Positions 1-13,041 of a DNA stretch of 64,000 bases are shown here, one piece after another. Numbering within the stretch: position 1 is the stretch's first letter; each line of letters opens with the position of its first letter. The DNA comes from Babesia bigemina (Eukaryota), in assembly GCF_000981445.1 (NCBI RefSeq), contig NC_027217.1, forward strand, positions 2,108,001 to 2,172,000, read 5' to 3'. Made by a program: the position numbers and the translations under genes. The notes beneath the pieces are model-generated. The model searched no databases. It worked only from the letters and a program-made list of their open reading frames with translations, and was not told the DNA's origin.

Positions 1-403
1 CGTAATTTTTCCCCGGTGATAAATTGATTAGTTACACAATGCGTCCGTAGACACGGTCGATGTCGGACGCGGCTGACAGCCGTCAAGTAGCCGGCATCGC
101 TTTAGACTTTACGTGTCTGTATTTAATGTGATATGTATACCTATTAATGGTACAAAATTTCAGCTTCTGACTCCGCTGAATGCAGTAGCATGCCTACCCC
201 GATACTCGTACGATAACGGGCCCCGTTTTAATACCGAAAAAAAATTAGTGTTTAAATATGTCTACAACACCCCTAGTGCTGCCTCTTCGTGAGAGCACCA
301 AAACCGTTTATGATGCATTCCACACGTCACAAGGAAGGCGCAAAGCGCCAAGCAATACTCAGCCCTCAGGCAGCGACAGGAGGGGAAATTATACTAGCGA
401 TTA

Positions 404-1231
404 TCACGTAGCATCCTTTGACTCGGATTTCGGTCCCAATGTCGGAATGCTGGAGGCCACCGCCTCAGGTACTACGCTGATCCACGCCGGTGTACGAGAG
501 GCAGTCATGTCTGCGCTGCCGCCCGCAGAACCCGGCGCATTCCCCAGCAACTCCTGCTCCGTACCCGACAGAATCGTATCCATTTGCGGCGGCTTGGACT
601 TGGTCACGGTGAACGACATCCGCAACTTATCCGTCATCTGCCCCGACGTCTCCATCTCGTGGTACATGTTGTCGAAGAGGACCTTGAGGTTCTCGTATTC
701 GTGCTTTAGCATGTACGTCACCTGGTCGTTGATGGCCAACTTCTCCTGCATTAGATAGATGGCGTCCATACGAGTTTTCTGAATGTCATCCATTTCTTCC
801 TGTGTAACGCTATCGGGAGGAGGTCCTGTTGGTGCGATGGCCGTCGGGGTGCTGCCGCTCTCTGTGGCTGCTGGCGTATTTCCCTTACAGTGGCGTTTCG
901 TATCTCCGCCTGCCGGCTTCGATTTGGACTCGGCAGCTTGCTTCTGTTTGGAGCCGCGGCCTTTTGCAGGGCCGGACCCTTTCTCGTCCGACGCCTGCCT
1001 CTTAATGGGACTGGTCGACGCTTCGCGCTTAGACGCCGTCTTATCAGCAGCAGCAGGGGATGACGTTGGAGTCTGCGCCTGTAGCTTGCTTAATAGTACC
1101 TGTTCCTTCTTCCTAGCATCATCTAGAAGAGACACGAACTTCGTATCTAACTCCCGCATCAGCAGGAGATTTCGCCGGATGAAACCCGGCAATCCGAGCA
1201 GGTCATCCGTGACATCATCAGAAGCGTCCAT
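404..1231 (-). CDS. ING (inhibitor of growth) family N-terminal domain protein, apparently without a PHD finger
   Basis: 275-aa ORF; N-terminus DDLLGLPGFIRRNLLLMRELD and LMQEKLAINDQ resemble the ING N-terminal coiled coil; no Cys/His PHD pattern before the stop. Confidence 0.65.
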   Translation of the reverse strand: MDASDDVTDDLLGLPGFIRRNLLLMRELDTKFVSLLDDARKKEQVLLSKLQAQTPTSSPAAADKTASKREASTSPIKRQASDEKGSGPAKGRGSKQKQAAESKSKPAGGDTKRHCKGNTPAATESGSTPTAIAPTGPPPDSVTQEEMDDIQKTRMDAIYLMQEKLAINDQVTYMLKHEYENLKVLFDNMYHEMETSGQMTDKLRMSFTVTKSKPPQMDTILSGTEQELLGNAPGSAGGSADMTASRTPAWISVVPEAVASSIPTLGPKSESKDAT

Positions 1232-1689
1232 TGTAGAAGCAGAGTGCGATATTTCTCGACATGAGTTCTGGTGTAGCCTCAGGTGGCGGCCGTGAAGTGG
1301 TCTTCCTGTTTAGCGCTGTTGCGGCGCCCACAAACCTGGAGTATCGTCTCCACGACACACTACGGAGGTGTGCACGATGCCCTGATCTGCGGGATAGAAG
1401 GTCCTCACCTCGTGCCCAAAAGACACAACGCAGGCAGCTGTGTCGCTTCCACGAGAGTGGCAACCGGCGATGGCTATTGGCGCGGCCACTCTACAAAACG
1501 CCAAACATCGAAATTAATATTTTTGAGACGAAAATAATCTAAATATGTGCCTGCAGAAGGCGGTATTATTGCTGATGCCCACCCCTACTGCTTCCTACGC
1601 GCCTTAGTCTACTCTGTCTACAAGGCACTAATAGGCTCAAAATTGCGTAGAAGGAGCCCGGATTCTCGTCGGGAACACTTTAAAGAGCC

Positions 1690-3070
1690 ATGTGTGGTCT
1701 GTTTCAGCCGATAGGGCAGGTTCGGCTGACGAATGTCGCCACTGTGCGCCTCAAGGTGGGAGGTTGCCGCTTTGAGATTGCCTGCTACAAAAACAAGGTC
1801 CTCAACTGGCGCTCAGGTATGCAGTCTACGTGGTGTGTATTATATCAGTGACTATATTCGAGGACTGCGCTATAAACGTTTTGCAGGCGTGGAAACCGAC
1901 ATCCAGGAGGTCCTGCAAAGCCCGTACATCTTCACCAGCATTTCCAAAGGGAAACTGGCGAAAAACGACCAGCTTATCAAGGCATTCGGCACCAAGGAAG
2001 TGGATGTGATCTGCAAACAGATCCTCGACAAGGGCGAGATTCAGGTCAGCAAGGAGGAGCGGAACCAGCAGCTGCAGGCCACGTTCAAGGATGTCGTCAC
2101 CATTCTCAGCGAGGTGGCCATCAACCCGAAGACTGGCCACCCACTCACGAGCACGCTGATCGAGAACACGCTAAAGTCAAGCGCATTCAGCGTGACCCTG
2201 CGGGAGCCCGCGAAGAAGCAGGCGCTGAAGGCACTCGCCCACCTGCAGCAGCTGTACCCTAACGAAATAGCTCGATCGCAAATGCGTCTCAAAATCACCT
2301 GCACGGCGGGACAGAGGCGTGAAGTGCTGGGTTTTCTGAAGGCGAACAATGCGTACATCGAGAACGACGGGGCATCTGGCGGCCAACGCAACAGCTACCC
2401 CCGGTCGCGGTCCAGCTCTGTAGCGAGTGACCAGTCTGAGGACACGACACATGTCGCATCTCAGAGCTCAGCTGAAGATGTTCATGAAAAGGCAAAGTCA
2501 AACGGTGAAGGTCGCTCTGGTGCCCGTAATAAGGAGGGAAGCAGCAGCGTGGAAACCCGAGCGCACGGCGCCGTGGTGAACATCAGGTTTCTCTGCTGCA
2601 CGAAAATATATCGCGAAATCGACAGCTTCGTGACGCATACGCTGCAGCCCCCCGGCTCGTTGCAGCTGGTCGCGTTAAATGTGAAGGATGCCGGGAACGT
2701 AGGCCTGTCATCCTTGCAAAATTTTTCGACGCAGACATCTTCCGCAACCATCAAACGCAGCGATTCGACCCACGTCAATGCCGTTAAAACTACGCAAGAA
2801 GGCGTCGCCGAGGCGTTGAAAAACCTCAGCATCGATTCCAAGGAAGACAAGTCAACAGCGTCCACACGTGACAACGCAGCGAGCAAGAAGCCCGCGTTTA
2901 AGTGCACAAACTGCAAGATGCATTTCGACAGCACGGCGGAATACCGGGCACACTGCAAATCTGAGCTGCATGTATTCAACAACAAGTTGACGCTTAAGGG
3001 CCTACCGCCAGTGTCGCCGCAGGAGTTCGAAGAGCTTGAGCTCTGTCGCAAGAATACGTCGCTCACCTAG
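1690..3070 (+). CDS. SBDS: Ribosome maturation protein SBDS/Sdo1 with C-terminal C2H2 zinc finger; 2 exons (1690-1816, 1887-3070)
   Basis: Exon 1 reads [46 protein letters not shown] intron 1817-1886 joins it to [19 protein letters not shown]-terminal CTNC..HCKSELH. Confidence 0.95.
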
Positions 3071-3612
3071 TCGGCTGCGTACCTTACGAGCAACACTCAA
3101 CTATTACACCCTCAATTGGTTTGAACGTAGCATTAAAATGTAGATAGTGCCATTTATGAGATACACATCAACAACGGAGCAGGTAACTCAACGGCAAAGC
3201 TACACATACACTAAAACAGCGTTTCACCCGAGTTAACAGCGCCTTAACCATGCATACACAGCGATTCTGCCGATTCTAAGTAATACATTGACCCCTATTG
3301 AGAGCTACTACGGAGCCCATAGAGGAAGGCAGAACACCCATTTTATGAAAATGTGACACATTTATGACTATTAGACACAAACAGGATACATTGTGTAATC
3401 AACCATACTGTATTTTGCCATTTTGATTCCACCTCGGTCACCGTTTTCGTAGAAGGTTATGTGTAGGTGCACGTGAGCTTGATATCAAGCAATTACCGAA
3501 CCAAACTACCGCCAATCTAACACACAAACGAACAGGAACCATATTAGCACATCAAGTAACACATAGAAACTATAATGGGCACATTGGCGGCGCTGAGCGT
3601 TACACCGAAGCT

Positions 3613-6600
3613 ATGGACATGTATCCGGAGGAGCTTGCCTCTGGGCGGATGGCGTATCGGAAGGTCCTTCTCCACAGATCATCGTACAAGCAGCGGAGAT
3701 GCGTATTCAAGTAGGTATATATGCGTCACGTGATGTATTCTATGGAACTATCTCTAGCCTCAGTGCGTAATCGGCATTATAAACCGTGCAGCCAGTGACA
3801 TCAGGAATATCGGGATAGTGGCGCACATTGACGCAGGCAAGACGACCCTTGCTGAGGCGCTGCTTTCACGGGGCATGGAACAAAACAGACATGGCAAAAT
3901 GCAACAGAATCCCGTGCAGTTAGATTTTATGGAGCAGGTAGGCTGAGGTTTTGCTGCATGAGCCGTGACGCGTAATGCGAAAACGGGTTTCACCACAACC
4001 TCCTCCACCCGACAACTGATCTTTCAACAGGAGATCAAACGGGGTATTACCATACGGGCTGCCTGTTCAAGTTTCAATTGGGGCCGCCACCACATCAACA
4101 TCATAGACACGCCTGGGTATGTCGTCATCGATGTACAGGCTGCACGTTGAACCTTGACAATATATGTTGCGTTAACACATACGAGTGTGATGAGCGTTCC
4201 TTATAAGACCTATATACGATTCCAGGCACACCGACTTCAGTGGAGAGGTCTTCAACGCAATGAGCGTCATCGGCGGTTGCATCATTGTCATCGACGGCAT
4301 CAAGGGGGTGCAGGCGCAAACCAGGCACCTGAATGCTGCGCTGCCGCGCAATATGCCCAAAATTCTATTCATTAACAAGATAGACAGGCCTGGTGTTTCA
4401 ATAGAGGAGAACCTCCAATCGATACGGGAGCATCTCAGACTTACTACCGTCCTAATTAATCAGCCCGTGGAGGATTCAAAAAGCATGGCGACCAACAGAA
4501 GAATTGTATCAGTGCTGGAAGAAAATGACGAGTGCAATGATGAATGTGCACCGATGCGTGACGCACTCACAGACTGCTTGTGTGATATCGACGACCAAGT
4601 CGCAGACATATACTTGACCGATGGTCACGTGCCAAGGGACCATCTCATCGCACAACTACAGAAGCACGTAGGGGAGGGAAGAGGTTCGTTTAATCAGACG
4701 TTCGACAAAAGCTCCGGACAGTAACTCCAGTTCTCTGTGGATCTGCCCTTACCATGGCTGGAGTGGACCAGCTGCTGAACGCCGTATGCAAACTTTTCCC
4801 ACCGCCTACCACTTTGGGCGACCTCCAGAGCTCTTCTAAGGTAATGTGGACATTTTACAATTAAACTAATGCAGGGATACACGCTCGTACGCACTTTTAA
4901 GACGGTCCACGGCGGCGCGTCTCAGATACATGCGTTCTGCAAAGTGCTGAAGGGTTGGCTGCTATTTCTACTTGGCAACATAACATTTCAGGTGTGGCAA
5001 CGCCCGGTATGCGTCTCCACAACCTCGAGTTGGGTAAGGCGGAGCAAGCTGGGAAGATATTCAAGATACACGGAAATACGTACCAGGAGCGCAGTCGCGT
5101 GGTCGAGGGTACCTTGCCAACATCCTGATGTGACACCGCAATAGGCGATATACTGATGATTAGCGGGATGCAATCTGCAAGGACAGGGCACCTGCTTTCC
5201 ACAGACCCTAAGAAGATCCTGCCCAGCGAATACGGCACAGCACTGTCTACCGTGTCCGCGGCAACTAGGTGCGTCTGCTTTGCAACCTTCACCCCCAAAA
5301 ACGGTATGATGGACGCGAATATCTAGCAAAGAGAGTTCGTAGGGCATTCCATCGATGACGTTGTCGATGCCATGGCCAAGATGAAAATCGAAGACCCGAG
5401 CGTCTACTACAAGTACGACCCCGACGCCGTGGATGGCCTGGTGGTGGGCGGCTACGGCGAATTCCATCTGGAGATACTCGCGGAAATGCTAAAGGATGAT
5501 TACGGTACGGTATTTATGAGCACTGCATGTTGTCACCTCCGACAGGGATACCGGTTCAAATCGGCAAGCTGACAGTGGCTCTAAAGGTAACCCGGAAGTT
5601 GTGCGCATTAACGATAACAGGAATCGCCGACGGACATTGCGGAAACGTCGCTGTACACCGACGCCACAGTACCTGAGGGTAGGTGCTTCAGTTTATTCCC
5701 GGCACCATGCGCCAGACAAAACGCACATCGGGATCCATCTCATCATGGAGCCAATGGAGGCCGGAACATGTATGTCTGACGGCGTTTTAGCTTATACACA
5801 CCGTGAACTAGGCGACAAATCAACATCACCACCATCGGAGGGGTCGGCTTCACCCACCGATGCGAACGCACCGATTAACAAGGTACGTGCCTCAGCGGCA
5901 TTCGGCTACAGCCATGATAGGTCGACGACGAAAATGTCGTGTTCCTCAGTCCAAACGGTTCGGTGATTGCGCAGGCTGATGCCATATTGGCATCGACAAA
6001 AACTAGGGAGATCCTCGCCAGCGTTAAGCAGATGCTCCACAACGTCCTTGCAGCGGGACCTCTCATTGGAGGCTCAATGATCAATACAAGGGTCAGACAC
6101 GGCAAAACATTTATGCATGGTATTTCAGATAAGGGTGGCGAAAATGAAGATCCTGCCAAGCTCCACTGTCGCAGGTATTGCCAAGCTGCCATACGGACAA
6201 TTCGCTCAGGTGCCAAAGCCACAGCTTCCAGGGCGCTGAAAGAGATCTACAGCAACGTGCCTATTGAGTTGCACCAGCCAGTGGTGTCTCTCAATATCGT
6301 GGTTCCCAACGAATACGTCGGAAACGTCACTACGGACCTGGTAAGCGCACACGGCTCCAAGTGACGCTGCGCAGCGCAGGCAAAGGAACGCCAACATAGC
6401 GACGATCGCGAGTGAAGGCAGCGGCAGCAACGTCATGTCGACCATAGTCGCCAACGTGAGCCACCAGCGGCAGAAAAACATATTCATCAGGTGCCGATGA
6501 AGCACGCATTGGGATACACCAAAGCCCTCCGCGCCCTTACGAACGGTAACCGCCTGAGCGATGCGAAATAAAGGAACGCAGGAAATGCTACGTTCACAAT

Positions 6601-6649
6601 GGTGCCGTGCGGATATACGCCAGTGCCCGCAAACGAAGCGAATCAGTGA
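3613..6649 (+). CDS. Organellar (probably mitochondrial) elongation factor G2 / ribosome-releasing factor 2-like GTPase; multi-exon, boundaries approximate
   Basis: Spliced motifs IRNIGIVAHIDAGKTT, DFMEQE-IKRGITI, IDTPGHTDF, FINKID, GYGEFHLEI, and domain V PVVSLNIVVPNEYVGNVTTDL. Confidence 0.8.
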
Positions 6650-7319
6650 GCTCACGACGACGCTGCTGGGAAAGCCGCGGCATTCATCGAGCCCTCGGCC
6701 ACATCATCCACTACCGTCGAACCTATTTGCATAACGTGATATTTGAGAAGCATCAGCAACTGTATGTACAATTTTCGGCACAATGCGCGCTGAAAAGAGC
6801 CGCGTATCACAGATAGCGGCAGCAGACGGCGGAAGGTCGAAGCATGATCGACCACATGCCCGTCAAATTTCGCACATCGGCATGATTGACGGGAAATTGG
6901 ACCGTTAAAATTCTGAATGCTGCTACAGACGCCGGAACCAACGCCGGAGCGAGGTAACCGACGGTGTCGCACCGTCCGTCGTATGTAGGCACATAGCGGA
7001 CGCATGCTACGCGAATTTTTTGCCCTAATTAATCCAACGCAATTTGCGTGCAAACGCCGAAATTTGCAGCCGCTTTTTGCCCCGTGGTTACGCGTCTGAA
7101 TGCTGCAATGGGGATGGCATGCAGCAGTCGGCAGATCTGCCGCTGACACGTATGGCGTATTCTCATCGGTTACCCGGCGGAAAAACGCAGTGATTTGTAA
7201 TCGCAATTTTATGTTTTAAATTGGTGGATTTTCGGCTACGGGAATTCCATCGTCGGCGCCGCTGGTACTGACATTTGATTGCAGATCCTTCATTCAACAA
7301 CTCAACGCAGTCAGGCACA

Positions 7320-8153
7320 ATGGTCGCCATTTCGGCCGCTTTCGTCGCCTGCATTTTCGGCCTTACGGCCGTGCGCGGTTTTGACAATGTCATCGAGGTG
7401 ACCTTCCAGGAGCACGGCGAGTCCGACAACATGGTGTTGGACCTGTCCATCCCCAGCGAGAGCGACATGATGATCCACAGGCAGACTGACGGCTGTGCTC
7501 CCCGCACCCCCGTCGTCTACACGCCTGTCAGGCCCAACAAGCTGAGGCACTTGGTCTGGAGCGACACCGTGATCCACGGCGTCGGTGACGACGACGAGGA
7601 CACCATCGAGAAGGTCACCGTCCACACCCACTGCCACGAGACCCTCATTGAGGTGTCCCTCGGCAGCACCAAGGTCCACTACCTTGGCCGCGATGGCGAG
7701 TTCGAGTTCGTCTCTGAGCACAAGTACCAGGAGGAGCTCCGCGAGATGACCAAGACCATCGTTGTCGACATCAACGACGTCAACGACAACAAGTACTTGA
7801 GCTACGAGACCAACACCGCGTACGGCATCACGTGGTACAACATTGTCCCCATTTCGTGCTTCTACTCCGACAAGGTCGTTGCTGGCAACGTCACCGTCTG
7901 GACCGGTGTTGGCTGCCACCAGCGCTTCGCCGGCGCCAGCGTGTACGTGAACGGCCACGAGAAGCTCGTCGCCCTTATCTACCACGACGTTGACGGCATG
8001 AAGGAGGCTCTCTACCACGGCAAGAACGAGGTCTACGAGGAGCTGACCCTTGAGCAGTTCGACGAGCAGTTCAAGCTCCTCGAGGAGAAGTTCGCTGCTG
8101 GCAAGAACAGCGTCGACGCTGAGGTGCGCAAGGAGGTTGAGGAGCACCAGTGA
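7320..8153 (+). CDS. sbp4: Spherical body protein 4 (secreted; signal peptide)
   Basis: Intronless 834-nt ORF (277 aa) with signal peptide MVAISAAFVACIFGLTAVRG, acidic mature region and strong C/G third-position bias; size matches my recollection of B. bigemina SBP4 (not database-checked). Confidence 0.8.
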   Translation: MVAISAAFVACIFGLTAVRGFDNVIEVTFQEHGESDNMVLDLSIPSESDMMIHRQTDGCAPRTPVVYTPVRPNKLRHLVWSDTVIHGVGDDDEDTIEKVTVHTHCHETLIEVSLGSTKVHYLGRDGEFEFVSEHKYQEELREMTKTIVVDINDVNDNKYLSYETNTAYGITWYNIVPISCFYSDKVVAGNVTVWTGVGCHQRFAGASVYVNGHEKLVALIYHDVDGMKEALYHGKNEVYEELTLEQFDEQFKLLEEKFAAGKNSVDAEVRKEVEEHQ

Positions 8154-8883
8154 GTGTTCCGCGTACTAGCGCGCGCTCAAGCGGGCATCGGCGATGACGG
8201 GCGGGTTCGTCCGTTGAAAATTTCAGTTACGACCGCAATTTTTACGAGTGCGTCGCATTGAAGTTGCGTTACCACGCGCATTCAATGTCAGAAATGTAGG
8301 AACATTGCTACCGCTGTTATGGCGTATGCGACACGTGCAATGCTTAGCGGTTGGTAGGTGTGAAGTGGGATGCCCGAAAGGTCCACTGTTGCAACTTTCA
8401 TTTAACATATACTAGCTCACATCCGGTGTTTTGTTCATATCAGTTTGCGGTAGCGCATAGAGCCGTCTCTGAGGGCGGCCCGTGGTCGGCCTGCCCTCTT
8501 GCAAGTGTATTCCCGTCGGCCGTATTGCGTCCCTGAAGCGGTCCTATTGCGCTCTGATTTACCGGTTAATGCCTGCGGTGTGGTTTCAGGACGGAACATG
8601 ACCTCCCGTGATCGTATGATTGGCATTATGAAACTGCCACGCGGGGTAACAGGCCGTATGGGCGAGTACACGCGAGGACAGCGCTATTTCATACCATCGA
8701 AATCGCTCATACGGCCACCAAAAGGTATCCCCAAGCTTTTGAAAACATTTTTTACTGTACACTCGGTAGGTGTGATCTGCCTACCACGAAGCCTGATCTG
8801 AGTACGGTTATCTCGCCGCTCGCCACGTCGACCCACGGAAGCGAAGGCACCATCACCGATTCTTACGCACCACTTTAGACGCA

Positions 8884-9479
8884 ATGGGGTGTTGCATGAG
8901 CGCCCCTATGGAAAAGGTGGAGGCGGACTCCAGGAAACCTCACCACCCGCCGCACTCCACAGTCTCTGAGCCGCTGCCCGACCCCAAGGAGCTGGAGGCG
9001 ATCCTCTCCGGCTACGACGCGATATCCGTATACGGTAAGTCTGTTTGATGAAATAGCGAGCGCGTTTCGGTCTCTGCGTAGCCAGAGTAACTGCCACGCT
9101 GTCGCCGACTCCGCCACCACAGCAGCATGTACAACCGATCTAACATTTCTCAGAGGGCGTTGGCAAAGGTGTGTGCCCAATGGAAGGAGTGGAAAGCGGC
9201 GGCTGCCCGATGAAGCGTGCCATGCTTGCCGACGCCAAAAAGGAGTGCATTGGCAAGTGCCCCTACTCGGCCGTCGAGGACGCGCCTGCCGCCCCGAAAC
9301 CTGACGACCTTCCCGCGATCGCGGTCGAAATGGAATCCCACTTCGAGGACGCCAAAGACCCACTGGAAATCACCGACAAGGACCAGCTGGAAATCTCCGA
9401 CAAGGACTCCACCGTTCTCCCGGAGGAGTCTATTCCCCCTCAGGACAACTTCGAACTGTACGACGCAACGGAGGTGTGA
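8884..9479 (+). CDS. Small acidic hypothetical protein (158 aa) with N-terminal MGCC acylation motif and three Cys-Pro motifs; 2 exons (8884-9034, 9154-9479)
   Basis: ATG GGG TGT TGC; GTAAGT..CAG phase-1 intron joins in frame to the 9171-9479 ORF. Confidence 0.75.
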
Positions 9480-9709
9480 GCCTGACACAGGGCCACGAGC
9501 GCAACGAATACTCACTTAGCCACGACCCAACAGCACGTACCACGTGCAACATTGCATTCTAATTCTTGTTAAACTAAAGCGAACCACCTAGGACCACGCC
9601 AGCACGTGGTTGGCAAGCGGCTACTACAAGGCCACGCAGCACGAACAACGCTCCGTCAAACTAGGTTTTAGCATTACGACCCATGTGAGCTTTTGCCGGA
9701 ATCAGTCAC

Positions 9710-10318
9710 CTATTCCTCGGCGGTCTTCTTTGCCTTGGCGGCCTTCCTGGCCTGGCGCAGCCTCTTGTAACTGAGCGCGGCAGCCTCCTCGGAGGTCACC
9801 GGGCGCGGGGCCTCCGCCGTGAAGGGCTGAACGACCGGCATGACGTCCTTGATCTTCTGCTGGCTCAGCACCATGGTGGCGAGCTTCTCGCGCGGGGTGT
9901 CATCGGGGATGCCGCAGAAGCCCTTGTTGGCGGTCTTCTTGCGCGGGATCATGACGAGCTTGGACAGGTAGGTCTTGAGGCGCTGCACGTTCAGGTTGAG
10001 GCTCTCGGCGCAGCGGTTAGTCCTGCGGTGGTCGACCGCGATCCCGATACTCATGGCCACCTTCTTGCCGACGCCCGCGGCCTTGAGCTCCTGCAGGGTG
10101 AAGCCGCGTCCCAGGCGGACCTTGTAGTTGTAGCGGCGGCTGGGCATGTGCACGAGCGGGCGGAGGTATCCGACCGGCGTGATGCCAGCCTTGGCGGCCT
10201 TCTTCCTGCGGGCGAGCAGGCGGGTCTTCTTGCGGCCGGCCTGGTCGAGTTCGGCCTTGATGTACTTGCCGCTGCACTTGACGCGGTGCACGTTATGTAT
10301 AACGTTGTTGTGCTTCAT
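9710..10318 (-). CDS. RPL13: 60S ribosomal protein L13 (eL13)
   Basis: [37 protein letters not shown]. Confidence 0.97.
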   Translation of the reverse strand: MKHNNVIHNVHRVKCSGKYIKAELDQAGRKKTRLLARRKKAAKAGITPVGYLRPLVHMPSRRYNYKVRLGRGFTLQELKAAGVGKKVAMSIGIAVDHRRTNRCAESLNLNVQRLKTYLSKLVMIPRKKTANKGFCGIPDDTPREKLATMVLSQQKIKDVMPVVQPFTAEAPRPVTSEEAAALSYKRLRQARKAAKAKKTAEE

Positions 10319-11238
10319 CTGTCGCGAACTTAGTGCGGGCGGCCGTTCACCTACCTTGGCAACAACGCGATAAGGAATCCAGGGGTACTAGAGCGTTGAC
10401 GCCTGCGCAGAAATTAGAGCCGCCGAAACACACGCATAAACACTGGCAAATTAGGGCGTTCGCTTGGCGCACCACAGAGGTACCGCAACGCCCGCGAGCA
10501 GCCGAGCAAGACGTGAAGCCCTCGGGGCACACGCGGATAAACGCGCCGCGGCAACGTAGACGCCACGAACCGCAACTCACCTTGCGAACGCTTCTACAGT
10601 TGTTTACGCAGCAGGTCCACGCCTGGGAAATGCTATTAAACCGCCGCCCATCCCGCGCACGGCGCCCGCTCCCGACGGTGGGGTAACCGAACTGTCGGCC
10701 GGCGAACGCTGCCGCGGCTGCGCCCGAGCACATAGAAACCGACGTCAGATTTTGGATATAAGTTCCTCATTAAGTCCAGGCAATCCAATGTAAGTGGCTA
10801 TGCTGTGTGTCGTGATATGTGGCATCGCGGCTATCGCGGGCCTCTGGCGGCTCCCGGGCAACTGGCGCGGAAGCTAGGGAGCAGCAGCGGCTGGTGCAGC
10901 TGGTTTCGTGTCCTGTTACGTGTACGAGCTGTTGAGGGGCCGATGTCCGTGACCCAGGACGCCGCGTCGGGTGGGAGGCTCCCCGCCGGTCTGGTTACGG
11001 CTTCCTAGCATCAGCGCCCCTTTCACCGCCTCCACATCGGTGTTTTGCATTGCATATGTTGCGTGACCTATTCTGGTGAAGTGTTGCTCGCGCGTGTAGT
11101 CGAGGCCGCGGCTCTCGTCTATGGGCTCGTGTTGTGTATCCCAACGGTGTTTGTGGGCTGCTGTCGCCGCCAGTTTAGTGACGTTTCTTGCGGCGTTCTG
11201 ACGACACATTTTCGATTGCAATGCTCATGAAGTTGCAG

Positions 11239-11688
11239 ATGGCAGACGAGATTACAAAGGGCAAGGGACAGCGTGTCCAGACCTTCGGCAGGAAGAAGCG
11301 CGCCGTTGCGGTCGCTCTCTGCACCAGGGGCTCCGGCATGATCCGTGTCAACGGCCGCCCCCTCGACCACATCCGCCCCGAGGCCCTGAGGACCAAGGTC
11401 CTTGAGCCTCTGTACGTCATGGGCTCGAAGCGCATCGCCAACATCGACATCAGGATCCGCGTCCGTGGCGGTGGTTTCACCGGCCAGGTGTACGCCATCA
11501 GGCAGGCCATCTCCAAGGCCGTCGTGGCCTACTACCAGAAGTACGTCGACGAGGCCTCCAAGAAGAAGATCGTTGACGAGCTTGTCGGCTACGACAGGTC
11601 CCTGCTTATCGCCGACCCCCGCCGCTGCGAGCCCAAGAAGTTCGGTGGTCCAGGTGCCCGTGCGCGCTACCAGAAGTCGTACCGTTGA
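11239..11688 (+). CDS. RPS16: 40S ribosomal protein S16 (uS9)
   Basis: [38 protein letters not shown]. Confidence 0.98.
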   Translation: MADEITKGKGQRVQTFGRKKRAVAVALCTRGSGMIRVNGRPLDHIRPEALRTKVLEPLYVMGSKRIANIDIRIRVRGGGFTGQVYAIRQAISKAVVAYYQKYVDEASKKKIVDELVGYDRSLLIADPRRCEPKKFGGPGARARYQKSYR

Positions 11689-11960
11689 TCGCCTTGCCGG
11701 CTGCCATGGCTCTATGCAACTCGCACTTCTAATCTTGTTGGAACTATAGCTGTACGTGCCGCGCCGCTGTGCTGTGCGTGCTTGACACCACTGTACAATA
11801 CCCAAGCTGGGGTCACGGCCGCATAAGCAACACGCCGGTAGTGTGTTGTGACGCGCAGCAAGTGCGCGGTAGAACATCAATGCCGCCCCAGCTAGGCCAA
11901 CTGTTGGCGGATGGCAATATTTACACTGTGTTGGTGTGATCGAGGTCGGCGGGCGCCCAA

Positions 11961-13041
11961 CTACAGCGCGTTCGCACCTCCAATGATCTCGATGAGCTCG
12001 AGCGTAATCTTCGACTGACGCGCGCGGTTGTATTTGAGCGTCAGCGACTGCAGCATGTCCGAGGCGTTGGTCGAGGCGTTGTCCATCGCGGACATACGCG
12101 CCGACTGCTCGGCTGCGAGCGAATCCAGCATGCAGCCGTAGACACAGCAGGTCAGGTAGAACTCGTAGAAATCGGGGAAGAACTCCGCCATCTCGGGCTC
12201 GCTCTCGTACACGTTGAGCTCCCTCTTGTGCATCGCCTTGAACTGCGGGAGGGAGAGCACGTCGAGCGTCCTGGTCTCGTAGCTGATGGCGCTCTTGAAG
12301 TGGTTGTAGACGATGCGGATGCGGTCGTGGTTCCCCTGCAGCGATCTGACGGCGTCGGAACCGCAACTAACCTGGCGCAAGGCCTCGCTGATCATCGCGG
12401 CCTTCGCGTAGTTGAAGGGGGTGCGCGACACCTCCGTGAACACGCTCTTGAAGTACTTTCCGTACGCGGTCTCGAGGGCGCTGCGCACCTTCTCGCCAAC
12501 GCAGTACAGCGAGAAGGCTGCGCCGCCAGCCTCGCCCCCGGCAACCAGCCCCTTGGTCATCTTGGCCACGGCGGAGTTGATGCCGCCACAAAGACCCTTG
12601 TCTGCGCATGCTATGCACGGTTTCCAGCAAACTCAGACTAACCCGATGCGAGCACGACCAGTGCGGTGTTCTTCCCGGCCGGCTCGGTGGTAGAGATGGG
12701 AAGCAGGTTCATCACGTTCTGCGGGAAATTGAGAAACCACTAGGCAACCACAACACACCTGTGTCGGCGTGCTGAATGGAAGGCCGGCCTCCAGTCGGCG
12801 CTGGTCAGCCTTGAGCTTCGAGGCTGCAACCATCTTCATGGCCTTGGTAATCTGAGCGCGGTGAACAACGAAATCGGTGGGCGCGTACCTTCTGGATGGA
12901 CTTGACTGACTTGATGCGGATGGCAACCGCCTGCATATCGCCACTGCCGAAGCATCTCCGCTGCACCGGAGCAACGCCCGCATCGCCGCGCAAAAGCGAA
13001 GCGGCCGAGGAGCCGAACCTGAAGCGGGGCAGCAGCGCCAT
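11961..13041 (-). CDS. ATP3: Mitochondrial ATP synthase F1 gamma subunit; multi-exon
   Basis: RIKSVKSIQK/ITKAMKMVAASKL, DKGLCGGINS, EQSARMSAMDNASTNA..YNRARQSKITLELIEII. Confidence 0.95.

Noticed and set aside
1690..6649. SBDS adjacent to an EF-G-like GTPase, suggesting an SBDS-EFL1 pair
   Set aside because: The GTPase has bacterial/organellar EF-G motifs (AHIDAGKTT, FNW..INIIDTPGH) rather than those of eEF2-like EFL1; the adjacency is likely coincidental
7311..8147. 278-aa antisense ORF spanning sbp4 (similar long shadow ORFs at 22416-23673, 36705-38471 and 41765-43000)
   Set aside because: Expected by-product of strong C/G third-position bias on the sense strand; no recognisable motifs
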